DNA of 38,367 bases, from positions 1-38,367 of IMG/VR virus record IMGVR_UViG_3300027808_001469. One strand, written 5' to 3'. Position 1 is the stretch's first letter. Every line of letters begins with the position of its first letter. The DNA is from a virus (Duplodnaviria; Caudoviricetes). Under the pieces are notes generated by a model. That model saw only the letters and a list, made by a program, of their open reading frames with translations. It was not told the DNA's origin and made no database searches. Position numbers and translations under genes: made by a program. Positions 25,459 through 34,600 of this stretch are shown here, one piece after another.

Positions 25459-27840
25459 TTAGAATACACTTGGTTGTTTACCTTGAGTATATTTTGAATG
25501 AGACAATCTTGCTTTCTCAATTTTACGAACACGAGGTGCTAGACGAGTAGCAATGCGACCAATAATTGCTTTGCGTTGCTCTAGTGTTCTTTCGATTCTT
25601 TCTTTTTCACCAACAGAAAGTTTTGATGCATCTCTGCCACGTAGCATGCGTTGCTTGATTAGTTTGACTGCTAAACGACGTGCACGCTTATTAATTGTTG
25701 CAGTGTTTGAGTAACGCTTGAGTGCTATCTTGGTTGCACGCTCACGCTTTGCTGAGGTGCGACGAATTCTACTTTTAGCTTTCATGCGTTCAATGCGAGA
25801 AAGAACTTCCCATAAAGCAGATTCTTCAAGTTCTTTTTCTTCTGGTTCATCTTCTGGCAATTCTTCGCCAGTTTCAGCATCAACAATACCCAGTTCATCT
25901 TCATCATATACATCTAGATAATCATCATCAGATAATTTGTCTGCCATAGTATCGACTTCATCATCAGACATTTCTGGAAAGACGATATCGTTTGTATCTT
26001 CTGGTTCAACTTCTTCATGTAGGTCTGCATGAACAGTTTTGTGCGGTGCTCTTTTGACATGGTCTGCAAAGTTTTTAGCATCACTGTTTGATTTGAATTT
26101 AAAGAAAGCACCCTTATCAGAGTTTCCATCAAATTCACCATTGTGTTTCTTTGCGCCAGCCATGACATGTTCAACATCTTTATCATGTGGCTTGTCACCA
26201 TAATTGCTACCGTCATCTACATGAACAATATGTTCTTCTTTAAGTTGATCATGTTTCTTCAGATCATTATCGAATTGCTTGGTAGTGGCTTTGTTGATAC
26301 CTTTGAATCGTTTGTCACCTTTGGCATAATCACCAGCTTTGTCTGCTGCAGATGCTTGTTCAGATGCTTTCTTTTTATATCTTGCTAGAAGATCCGTTGA
26401 CAATTCACTTAAAGATTCTTTTTCTCTAGTTTGTTTATCAGAAAGAGACTCTTTTTCTTTAGCATGCTTGGCAATTAGATTTGCTTTAGCAGTTTCTTTT
26501 GCTACGCTATCATCTTGTTCGCCTAGATGATATTTAACCTTGCGACGACGAAGATTATCTGAAGTATCACTTGATGATAATGTGCCACCAATTTGATGTG
26601 TCTGTCCTGGAGTTTCTTCGTGTTCTTCTTTAACAGAATTCATCTTTTGCAGTTTCTTAAAGTCACTGAATCTAAGAATATCTTTTGCAATATTATAGTT
26701 ACTATTTTTATTCACAACAACTGAATCTGTAGTTGTCTCAATCTTATCTGTACCATTAACTTGTACAGCACCTTCTTTTAATTTATTTGGTTTTAGTGTA
26801 GCATCGTATTTAATACCTTGCTCTGTGGCAAGATTAAGCATTTTATCAAGGATATGCAAGGCTTCTGGATTAAGTGCCTTTGTACGAACTTTACGTAGTG
26901 CTTGATTGATAAGATTTTCTGGATTAGAAGATGACTCAGCATTATCATTACCAAGCATAGTAGCAATAATACGAGCAACTTTAATCTTATCAGTTGGTCT
27001 TAATGTTTTATCTGTAAGTTCTTCTTGCATATTTTCTTTTTCTTCTGTTGGTTGAACATCTTGAATCCACTTAGATACTAATTTTCCAGATTCTTCTTTT
27101 AATAGTAAATGATTTGAACCACGTTTAACGATTTTGAATTTTTTACCGTCAGATTCTACGATGTCTCCCTCATTAAAAATCTCTGCATTGAAATATCTTT
27201 CACGCAGTTCATTTTTAACAAGAACAATCTGTTCTTTGATCGGTTCAAGACCCATACCATCACGAATGTCATTCATTAATCTTTTACCATCAATGTCACG
27301 AACAGTAGATGGCAGACCTACTTTAAAGTCTGAATAGTTACCTTTAACTGCTAGTGCACGCATCTTAGAAGCAGACATACCAGAAGCATCATCTGCATCT
27401 GGATCTCGTTCACCTGCTGAAACTACTTCAATAGTGTCGAAGTTAAATTCTTTACCGTTGTATGTATTTAACAAACGCTTGTATTCAGCAATACGATCTG
27501 AACCAGCAATCATGATAAGGTTTTTATACTTTGTGTTCAACTGTGCTGCAGCTTCGATAAAGGTACGAACCTTATCATTTGCTGCAACAAAATTAGTACG
27601 CTTAAACATAAGTTTAAGATACTTAATCTTTTTCTCTACAGATAGGGGATTCTTTTTAGCATCTTGTGACCTAGATGCATAGATTACGTGATCAGCGTTT
27701 CGTTGATCAGCCAGTTTTTTAACTGCTTTAACCAGCAACTCGTGTCCCATTGTCGGAGGATTGAATCTTCCGAATGCGAATACCACTGTTTTGCTAGGCA
27801 GTTCTTTAATTAACTGTTTATAATCTTTCATTTTATCCAT
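25459..27840 (-). CDS. Cytidylyltransferase-like (HIGH nucleotidyltransferase) fused to long modular C-terminus
   Basis: FGRFNPPTMGH, KNPLS, AGSDR, MSASKMR; acidic linkers and a very basic last module. Confidence 0.85.
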   Translation of the reverse strand: MDKMKDYKQLIKELPSKTVVFAFGRFNPPTMGHELLVKAVKKLADQRNADHVIYASRSQDAKKNPLSVEKKIKYLKLMFKRTNFVAANDKVRTFIEAAAQLNTKYKNLIMIAGSDRIAEYKRLLNTYNGKEFNFDTIEVVSAGERDPDADDASGMSASKMRALAVKGNYSDFKVGLPSTVRDIDGKRLMNDIRDGMGLEPIKEQIVLVKNELRERYFNAEIFNEGDIVESDGKKFKIVKRGSNHLLLKEESGKLVSKWIQDVQPTEEKENMQEELTDKTLRPTDKIKVARIIATMLGNDNAESSSNPENLINQALRKVRTKALNPEALHILDKMLNLATEQGIKYDATLKPNKLKEGAVQVNGTDKIETTTDSVVVNKNSNYNIAKDILRFSDFKKLQKMNSVKEEHEETPGQTHQIGGTLSSSDTSDNLRRRKVKYHLGEQDDSVAKETAKANLIAKHAKEKESLSDKQTREKESLSELSTDLLARYKKKASEQASAADKAGDYAKGDKRFKGINKATTKQFDNDLKKHDQLKEEHIVHVDDGSNYGDKPHDKDVEHVMAGAKKHNGEFDGNSDKGAFFKFKSNSDAKNFADHVKRAPHKTVHADLHEEVEPEDTNDIVFPEMSDDEVDTMADKLSDDDYLDVYDEDELGIVDAETGEELPEDEPEEKELEESALWEVLSRIERMKAKSRIRRTSAKRERATKIALKRYSNTATINKRARRLAVKLIKQRMLRGRDASKLSVGEKERIERTLEQRKAIIGRIATRLAPRVRKIEKARLSHSKYTQGKQPSVF

Positions 27841-27862
27841 CTATAAAGGGGTTTTACTAAGC

Positions 27863-27869
27863 TATTTAG
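27863..27869 (-). promoter_or_regulatory. Late-promoter-like CTAAATA
   Basis: Intergenic. Confidence 0.55.
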
Positions 27870-27883
27870 GATACAACAGAATT

Positions 27884-29113
27884 TCATCGTTGCCATCCTT
27901 TGATAATATCAGCGGAGAAGTTTGATTTACTAAACTCAAGACGATCCACAATCTTTACTGCTCCACCTGTCAAGTGATCAATGGCGACAAACCCTTCGAC
28001 TCCAGTAACTTTATATCCATTAGTAGTTCTAAGGAAGGTGCTAATATGTCCAGCCTCATTCATCTTATTTACGATCATTAATTTAGCCTTTGCCAGTAGA
28101 TTAACTAGATCGAAAATCTTAACAATCTCAGACTTATCATGATCAACGAAAAACTTTAGAACTTCTTTTCGTTTTTCTTCTTGGGCTTGTTTGCCCTTAT
28201 CAGTGGCACGTTTGTCGATCTCTTTTTGGTACTTGTCGTGGATATAATTAAATAATCCAACAACGTGTGCATGGGTATCTGTAATCTGTTCACCCGCACG
28301 AACTTTAGAGTTGTTGTATGTATTGACTGCCATATTTAACTCATCGTTATCTTTGATAGCATTAAGAGTTTTAGCAGGAATAGAAGTAAACAAAGAACCA
28401 GCTTGAGAAAGAGTAGAAGTCAATTCAGCTGTTTGTTCTTGAGTGAATGTAGCGACACCAGAGTAGTCTTTGTAGTTTGCATCGTCCATCCATACAGATG
28501 CATTTGGTGTCATGTGCTGTACGATAGACTTGCCAAAGGAAGCACTCATGCTTTCAAAGTCTGGACCAGTATATGTAGTGTGCCAAACAACACCAATTTT
28601 TGCTTTGATAATTTTGTTGGCTAGTTCGCTTCCAACAGGAACAGCGTACACAATAGTGTTTGGATGGAAGGTTACGTATTTCTGTCCATCAATCGTAACG
28701 ATCTTTTTGTCATTGGTGAACATCAAGTCACCTTGATAAACACCAGACTTGATACCAAGTTTCTTGAACTCACTAAGAGCAATCTTTAGCTTTGCTGCTA
28801 AATCACCTTGTGTATCTGCATCGATGTCTTTTGCGGTTTTGTAAACCTTAGGCTCTTTATTAAAGACACCTTTTTTCGCAATAAAGAACTTACCATCACG
28901 TGGATCGATACCAGCAAATACAGCTGGAGCACCATCCCATTTAACTGTGGCAGTTACTTTGGTTTTAGAATTACCAGCGAGCATGTCACGTAAGTCACGG
29001 AGAAAGTTTATTGCTCTACGAGTACCCTCGATGCCTGCATCGAATACCAAATCCTCCACATGAGTCATGTGAGTATTTTTCTGTTCTGATATGTAACTCT
29101 TTAATCTTTTCAT
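27884..29113 (-). CDS. ATP-dependent ligase-like covalent nucleotidyltransferase (DUF6267-type)
   Basis: Motif I TVKWDG, YQGDLMF, EGFVA, VKIVDR; start MKRLKSYISE downstream of promoter. Confidence 0.7.
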   Translation of the reverse strand: MKRLKSYISEQKNTHMTHVEDLVFDAGIEGTRRAINFLRDLRDMLAGNSKTKVTATVKWDGAPAVFAGIDPRDGKFFIAKKGVFNKEPKVYKTAKDIDADTQGDLAAKLKIALSEFKKLGIKSGVYQGDLMFTNDKKIVTIDGQKYVTFHPNTIVYAVPVGSELANKIIKAKIGVVWHTTYTGPDFESMSASFGKSIVQHMTPNASVWMDDANYKDYSGVATFTQEQTAELTSTLSQAGSLFTSIPAKTLNAIKDNDELNMAVNTYNNSKVRAGEQITDTHAHVVGLFNYIHDKYQKEIDKRATDKGKQAQEEKRKEVLKFFVDHDKSEIVKIFDLVNLLAKAKLMIVNKMNEAGHISTFLRTTNGYKVTGVEGFVAIDHLTGGAVKIVDRLEFSKSNFSADIIKGWQR

Positions 29114-29126
29114 CTTTTTATACTCT

Positions 29127-29155
29127 ATTATACCGCAAGTTGCAATTAAAGGCAA
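29127..29155 (-). promoter_or_regulatory. Promoter TTGCCT-N17-TATAAT
   Basis: TTGCCTTTAATTGCAACTTGCGGTATAAT, same family as 4620 and 7081. Confidence 0.75.
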
Positions 29156-29167
29156 CCACTTTCTTTA

Positions 29168-29194
29168 ATAACCCTACAGACTTGAGGGGATTAT
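29168..29194. repeat. Degenerate palindrome ATAACCCTAC...GGGGATTAT (copy 3)
   Basis: Left arm matches copies 1 and 2, right arm degenerate. Confidence 0.45.
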
Positions 29195-30417
29195 CCTAAG
29201 GTGAAAGTGCCGTTGGCTCCCTTGTGTGGACCAGAAGAACCCTTCATAGTCATGGTCGCCACATTCATAATCTTACCAGTTTTCTTATGTGTGCCTTTAA
29301 TGTTGACAGCAATGCCACCATTATGAACTACGTGAAGATTTTCATAATTGTCCAAGTGTTCATCAGCAATTTTATGTGCAGGTTTTACTAAAGGTTTTGA
29401 TGATCCATCATCTTGAACATGAGAGTGAGCCACAGTGTGTGGTATTTTAGTTGGAGCAGATACATGTTGATTAACAATTTCTCTGAGTTTGGTATCATCA
29501 TGTGTAGCCAAACCATCTGAGAATTTCTTTGCGATTGCTCGTTTAGCAATCAGCGCACCTTCTTCTGCAGACTTTGCTCTTGATGCAGCCATCTGTAGAA
29601 ATTCATCAGGTTTCTTATGTTTGTCATGAGCATTAACAAACATCTCAAAATGTTTATGTGTATTCTTTTCTTTGGCGGATAACTTTCTACCAGAAGAAAG
29701 AAGTCCAGAAAGACGAGCATGTTCTGCTCTTACTTTATCAATACCCAAGTTGTCAGCTTTATATTGAGCATGACGATCTTCTGCAGTACCAGCGTAACCT
29801 AATTTTTCCATAGCTGTTGCATGAACTTTTAAGTGCGAGTTTAAAGAACCAGCTGGGATGTTTGCAGTTTTCTCTAAAGAGTCAAGTCCTGGATTACGAT
29901 AGTTCGGTTGTTTGTTTGTTCCATACTTTGCCGAGATTCCATGATGCCCAATAACCTTACCACTTTTGTCATGAATCTCAGCGATTAAATCTGCGTTTGA
30001 GTTTACATCTTTAATGCCAGTAGTCTTTTCATGATCTCCAGGTTTATTTGGTTTATCAGCATTGGATGTCCAATAAACATTTCCAATCTTATGTCCAGGT
30101 TTTAGATGCCCTTGTTCTACTAGATGATCGTGTAGTGATTTGGCTGTAGACTTTGCATGTGAATCAATTTCATTATATGCAGCATCACCAATCTTTTTCT
30201 TTAAACGATCGTGAACTTGTTGAGGTGTACCAGCATGTTCATCATTTTCAGATTCTGCACGATGATGAGAAGGTAATTTAGTTTCTGGATGCAGATGTTT
30301 TGATAAAAGGATTTCGTGTAACTTACCTTTATCATCACTGTCCACTCCACTGCTAAGTGCCTTTCCCTTCTCTAATAGTAGAGTTTCTTCTTTTAAGAAT
30401 GATTTAAAATTTAACAT
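29191..30417 (-). CDS. His/Lys-rich protein with CTS-like N-terminus and PD-(D/E)xK-like motifs
   Basis: MLNFKSFLKEE; GKLHE...NADLI...GISAK. Confidence 0.6.
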   Translation of the reverse strand: MLNFKSFLKEETLLLEKGKALSSGVDSDDKGKLHEILLSKHLHPETKLPSHHRAESENDEHAGTPQQVHDRLKKKIGDAAYNEIDSHAKSTAKSLHDHLVEQGHLKPGHKIGNVYWTSNADKPNKPGDHEKTTGIKDVNSNADLIAEIHDKSGKVIGHHGISAKYGTNKQPNYRNPGLDSLEKTANIPAGSLNSHLKVHATAMEKLGYAGTAEDRHAQYKADNLGIDKVRAEHARLSGLLSSGRKLSAKEKNTHKHFEMFVNAHDKHKKPDEFLQMAASRAKSAEEGALIAKRAIAKKFSDGLATHDDTKLREIVNQHVSAPTKIPHTVAHSHVQDDGSSKPLVKPAHKIADEHLDNYENLHVVHNGGIAVNIKGTHKKTGKIMNVATMTMKGSSGPHKGANGTFTLG

Positions 30418-30420
30418 AAC

Positions 30421-31146
30421 TTACCTTAGAAATGGATTCTTCTTTTGTGTTCCTGGTTTAAGAGAGTACGTACTATCAGGCATTTTAGTAATTTTTATTT
30501 CTGCCTGAATCTCGTAAAAATCAGATCTTGTGGCAACTCGGACTTTGAAGTCTCCCATACCTGCAAGAAGTGGAATACGATTAGCACCTAACTTAAATGG
30601 ATCAGTTTTTGATATTAGATAAAAGTCGTCAGCAGCTTGCATATAATAAGCTGGAGCTTTTTTACCAAGCGTATAGTGTTCTGTGACTAACTTACCAAGA
30701 TTATAGTTTTCTTGATTGGCGATATACCTATTAACATTAGGTTGATCAAAATACTTTTTCATAACCTCCAAAGGAACTGCCCCATCTTCTTTGAGACCAC
30801 CTTTGGTTGTTGGTAATTTTATTTTATTTAAAGCAATGCCAGAGAACAAAGCAATCTTTTTAACGAAGTCTTTAGAAAAAGAAGACTTGTTAAGAATATC
30901 AACTGCAGCATGCGCTGCTGGAGTAGTATAAGTAGTTTTCCAACTACCATTTGAATAAAATACACGAGGATTAGAAAGATTATCAGTATGATTCATCTTT
31001 ACTTCCATCCATGAAGTAGTCGTGCCGTATGTTACTTTAACATCAGCATACCCTGTATCTCCTGGAGGTCTAGTTGCCTTAACTCCTGGAATTTTATCGA
31101 TGTATTTGGCTACATCCTGCTCATACTTGTCAGATAGTGCACTCAT
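30421..31146 (-). CDS. PD-(D/E)xK restriction-endonuclease-like protein
   Basis: YEQDV...YADVKV...WMEVKM. Confidence 0.6.
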   Translation of the reverse strand: MSALSDKYEQDVAKYIDKIPGVKATRPPGDTGYADVKVTYGTTTSWMEVKMNHTDNLSNPRVFYSNGSWKTTYTTPAAHAAVDILNKSSFSKDFVKKIALFSGIALNKIKLPTTKGGLKEDGAVPLEVMKKYFDQPNVNRYIANQENYNLGKLVTEHYTLGKKAPAYYMQAADDFYLISKTDPFKLGANRIPLLAGMGDFKVRVATRSDFYEIQAEIKITKMPDSTYSLKPGTQKKNPFLR

Positions 31147-31172
31147 TCACGTTCCCTATTAGTAAATACTAA

Positions 31173-31901
31173 TTATTTAGGACGACGAGATGCTCGAATA
31201 GTTCGCTGGTATTTACGATCCCACTTAACGATCTGCTGCATCAGCTTAGGAATTGCAGCGTTATTACGATAGTCGTAATTGAATGCTTTAAGGATGTAGT
31301 TAAGAGTGGAAGAATCTTTAGAGTGCTTTGCTCTATTGATTAGTTCTTCTGTGGTGATGGTTGGTTTGTAGGTTTTGAAATCAAGTAACACACAATGGGC
31401 ATATGCCTGAATTTCATCGAACTCAGAAAGATATCTTCTCTCAATGTTCTTCTTTTCATGTTTTACTTTCTTGTAAGGAACAACGTAGTTTGACCACGCA
31501 TCTCCTCTTCTATCAAATTGCATAAAGTGTATTAGCTCATGCATTTGAGTCTGGATTATACGATACTTAAACTTGTTCCATGTATCGTATGTGAATCGAA
31601 ATTTATCGAACTCAGTTGTGTATATTTGGATACAGCACTGTCTTTCGTCTGGTCCATATTCACCGCCAACGGAAACATAGGTATCGTACAGTTTGGCTTT
31701 GGATTTTTGTGGAAGGAACTCAACTTTGGTTCTCCACTTTTTAAAGTAGTTTGAAAGACCCTTGCTATCATTGCAATAGTTGTCTAGGTCTTGCCAGACT
31801 TTTGAAGGTACAAATTTTGCTCTGAATGGACGCTTTTGAAAGTTGAGCAGATCCATCCAATCGTAATTAGCGTTTTCTAGGAATTCAAAATTGCATTGCA
31901 T
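31173..31901 (-). CDS. HExxH zincin-like metallopeptidase-domain protein
   Basis: MHELIHFMQ...YLSEFDEIQAYA. Confidence 0.65.
   Translation of the reverse strand: MQCNFEFLENANYDWMDLLNFQKRPFRAKFVPSKVWQDLDNYCNDSKGLSNYFKKWRTKVEFLPQKSKAKLYDTYVSVGGEYGPDERQCCIQIYTTEFDKFRFTYDTWNKFKYRIIQTQMHELIHFMQFDRRGDAWSNYVVPYKKVKHEKKNIERRYLSEFDEIQAYAHCVLLDFKTYKPTITTEELINRAKHSKDSSTLNYILKAFNYDYRNNAAIPKLMQQIVKWDRKYQRTIRASRRPK
31174..31180 (-). promoter_or_regulatory. Late-promoter-like CTAAATA
   Basis: Overlaps the stop of the upstream gene, 28 nt before the next ATG. Confidence 0.5.
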
Positions 31902-31922
31902 TTTACATCCCAGAAAGGCATT

Positions 31923-32531
31923 TTACATCTTGAAATTACTCTCCAAGAATGCGAGTACCTTTCCCTGCTCCTCTAAGTTAGTGTTACTAAACTCGGTAAT
32001 ATAAGGCATCAGTTCAAAGTTTGATAGTAGATTACTATATTTAGTTGCCCGACCTTTTAGGAAAGTTGCAGATTGATCGGATCCTCGTTCTGCATATCTT
32101 TCTTTTAACATATTATCTGGAACTTTAAGGTAAATTACCTGAAGATCCGTATTGGAAAGTTTCATTGTAAATTCCAAGAAAGACTGATTAAAGATTCGGT
32201 CTCCTTCGAATAGAATATTAGAAGCAGTCTCCGTAACGAACTGCTGTGCCACTGGTTGGACAGCCATACTTAGACGATCTGTACCAGCAAAAGTTTCACC
32301 ATCTTCATACTTACCTAGAATGTACAGGTCTAGTTCTTTACAATAAAGAGCAGGAAGCATCTTCTTTGGTTCAACTGTTTCCCACTGATACTTCTCCATA
32401 AATTTACGGAATAAAGTGGTCTTACCAGTTCCAGGTTGCCCACCAACAGCAATTAGTTTACGCACTTTTGGTTGTGCACGAATGACCTGAATAGAGATCT
32501 GGTCTGTTAATCCTACTTTTTCGTTAAGCAT
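31923..32531 (-). CDS. P-loop kinase, 5-hydroxymethylpyrimidine DNA kinase-like
   Basis: GGQPGTGKTT, FAGTDRLSM, FEGDR, ERGS.Q..FLKGR.TK; near the aG/PT-PPlase gene. Confidence 0.8.
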   Translation of the reverse strand: MLNEKVGLTDQISIQVIRAQPKVRKLIAVGGQPGTGKTTLFRKFMEKYQWETVEPKKMLPALYCKELDLYILGKYEDGETFAGTDRLSMAVQPVAQQFVTETASNILFEGDRIFNQSFLEFTMKLSNTDLQVIYLKVPDNMLKERYAERGSDQSATFLKGRATKYSNLLSNFELMPYITEFSNTNLEEQGKVLAFLESNFKM

Positions 32532-32943
32532 TTCTTGCTTCCTGTATTAAGTTCTTTAGTTCATCTTCAGTAAACACCCATACTCTTCCAAGAAAGTGGT
32601 GAGTGTCACTATCCACATTATGTTTCTTAGTGAATGTAGTTTTCTTGATTATATCCCTTGCAAGATTCTTAGACAAGTTTTCTTTAATCTCATCTGCATA
32701 AGTTGGAACAGTTTCTTTAAGTTTGGCTAACTCGAATTCGGCAACTTTGTGTTCAACTGTAATTTTGTTGAAACAATGACAATCAAGAAAGTCTTCTATA
32801 TCGAATCCACCGAATGCTAGCGTACTAGAATGCGTTGTTGATATTGTTCCACTAGTACCAATTGTAAGGCTTCCTGTTGTTAAACCACCATTGCTAATTA
32901 TTATTGTATCATTATTCATATTATTACCAATTACCGTTGTCAT
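32524..32943 (-). CDS. Hypothetical protein in the modification cassette
   Basis: ATGA overlap; low-complexity T/G/S N-terminus. Confidence 0.6.
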   Translation of the reverse strand: MTTVIGNNMNNDTIIISNGGLTTGSLTIGTSGTISTTHSSTLAFGGFDIEDFLDCHCFNKITVEHKVAEFELAKLKETVPTYADEIKENLSKNLARDIIKKTTFTKKHNVDSDTHHFLGRVWVFTEDELKNLIQEARNA

Positions 32944-33959
32944 GTAAACATCTCCAATCCATTTAATATAGGTTCTTCATCATTAAACATCCAATCCATA
33001 TTCTGCATTTTGCCAGTGTTAAGAAAAGATGTAAATTTATCTTTATCAATACCATGTCTATGATCTAATCTCAAGTCAATGGTTTCTTCTCTTGATTGCC
33101 ACAGAACATTCCAATCAATACCATACCATCCATCACCCTCAGCTTTAATAATTTCTTCAGCTTGACGATCTAGATAATACCCAAGGTAACGACCATGATG
33201 TTCTCTAAAGATTTTCTTGAATGAGCACAAACAAGTTTCCATTGTAAAGAAATCTATTTGGGATAATAAATCTGGGAATCTATCTTTGGTTTCTTCGAGA
33301 ATAGATCTGGCTTCTGACTCAAGAGTCGCATACTCGCTTCCATTGAGTTTTCTATCCATATCGTTATATCTGCCGAGGGCGCAAAGTAATCCATTACGAT
33401 GAGAGCGAGAGCCATCGTAATCATCCAGCATGAGACTAGTAGGGCTGATGCGAATACCAGCGGTATGCTTAAGATGCTGAAGATAAAACCAAGTGGAATA
33501 GCGACCAAACTTATGCAGCCCAGACTTAACGCTTTTCCACAAGTTATCAAAGTTTTGTGCCTCATTGTCTCCATAAAAACCTTCTATTCTTTCTCGTTGT
33601 GTTTTATCACCAATGAATTGCTGATAAGAAGCAAACATGGCAGGTAGATGACCTTTGTTCCACTTTGTATCAGTTTGGTAACGTAGTCGTTTATAATTTG
33701 TAGTATTCCACTGAGTAATACGATCCACAGTTGCCAACTCAAAGTCTGGGAACTCATTCTTTAGAACCCATGCAGTTGGTAGTTGATACGTATTACCATA
33801 TAGCCAAGCTAACCAAATTCTTTCTTCATCATTATGTTCATAGCGATTGTGCAAATAGTTTGTGCACCAAACAGCTGGATCACAGTCATCATATTTTAAT
33901 GACCAAGCATACCAGCGAATGAACGCTTCTCTATTATTTTCTGGTAAACGATAATCCAT
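32940..33959 (-). CDS. aG/PT-pyrophosphorylase-type amino acid:DNA transferase (HhH-glycosylase fold)
   Basis: WLAWLYG.TY, KFGRYSTWFY, GSRSHRNGL, ETCLCSFKK, RYLGYYLDR. Confidence 0.8.
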   Translation of the reverse strand: MDYRLPENNREAFIRWYAWSLKYDDCDPAVWCTNYLHNRYEHNDEERIWLAWLYGNTYQLPTAWVLKNEFPDFELATVDRITQWNTTNYKRLRYQTDTKWNKGHLPAMFASYQQFIGDKTQRERIEGFYGDNEAQNFDNLWKSVKSGLHKFGRYSTWFYLQHLKHTAGIRISPTSLMLDDYDGSRSHRNGLLCALGRYNDMDRKLNGSEYATLESEARSILEETKDRFPDLLSQIDFFTMETCLCSFKKIFREHHGRYLGYYLDRQAEEIIKAEGDGWYGIDWNVLWQSREETIDLRLDHRHGIDKDKFTSFLNTGKMQNMDWMFNDEEPILNGLEMFT

Positions 33960-34600
33960 TATTTTAAAAATTCATCAAGTGATGGTTGATCCATTAGTGC
34001 TTCTCGTAACCATGCTTTACCAACTGCATTAATTGCAGTTTGGCTCTTTGCTCTTTTCTTATCACCCCACTTGTATGATTCTAAACCTTCAGCACGAAAT
34101 TGATCTCTTGCTTTGTATGGTGGTAGTGCTTGTAGTGGATTCACAATGGCAAAGTCACGATAAGCAATCTGCTCTGCTCTTGTTGAAAACAATGGTTGGT
34201 CTGAACGAAGTGAACCTGTTGGATCAACTGCCCACCAAATCAAACCATTCTTATAATGCCATGTAACTGAAGAAGGAGTGCAAGACATCTTCAGTCTTGT
34301 TATCTTTCTTTCTTTAACTGCATAATCAATCCAAGTATCCCAACACGTTGAGGCGTAACCCTTACCTTCATTTCCTTCAAGTGTAACAATCTCGTAAAGA
34401 TTGCTATAACCATCTCGATTGAATGTGGCAAAGATTAGTGAAACAACTTCTCCATTAACTTCATAAGCCAGTGGAGGTGCTTTGTCATAGTTATGAAAAC
34501 GATACCACAATGAATGTGCTGCTGATAAGAACTTAGTGTTCTTGCCAGCTGGACTAGTTTTAATTAACTCTTCAACTCTTGTTGAATTAACAAAGTTCAT
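33959..34600 (-). CDS. GNAT-fold acyltransferase
   Basis: LYEIVTLEGNEGKGYAS (acetyl-CoA motif A), WHYKNG. Confidence 0.65.
   Translation of the reverse strand: MNFVNSTRVEELIKTSPAGKNTKFLSAAHSLWYRFHNYDKAPPLAYEVNGEVVSLIFATFNRDGYSNLYEIVTLEGNEGKGYASTCWDTWIDYAVKERKITRLKMSCTPSSVTWHYKNGLIWWAVDPTGSLRSDQPLFSTRAEQIAYRDFAIVNPLQALPPYKARDQFRAEGLESYKWGDKKRAKSQTAINAVGKAWLREALMDQPSLDEFLK

Noticed and set aside
29114-29155. Track's extended N-termini (also 7075-7113, 768-782, 1958-2026, 6280-6354)
   Set aside because: They run through promoter elements or upstream genes, so downstream starts were chosen.
31898-31929. 12-bp direct repeat GCATTTTACATC x2 at a gene junction
   Set aside because: Only two copies spanning a stop/start junction; most simply a small local duplication.
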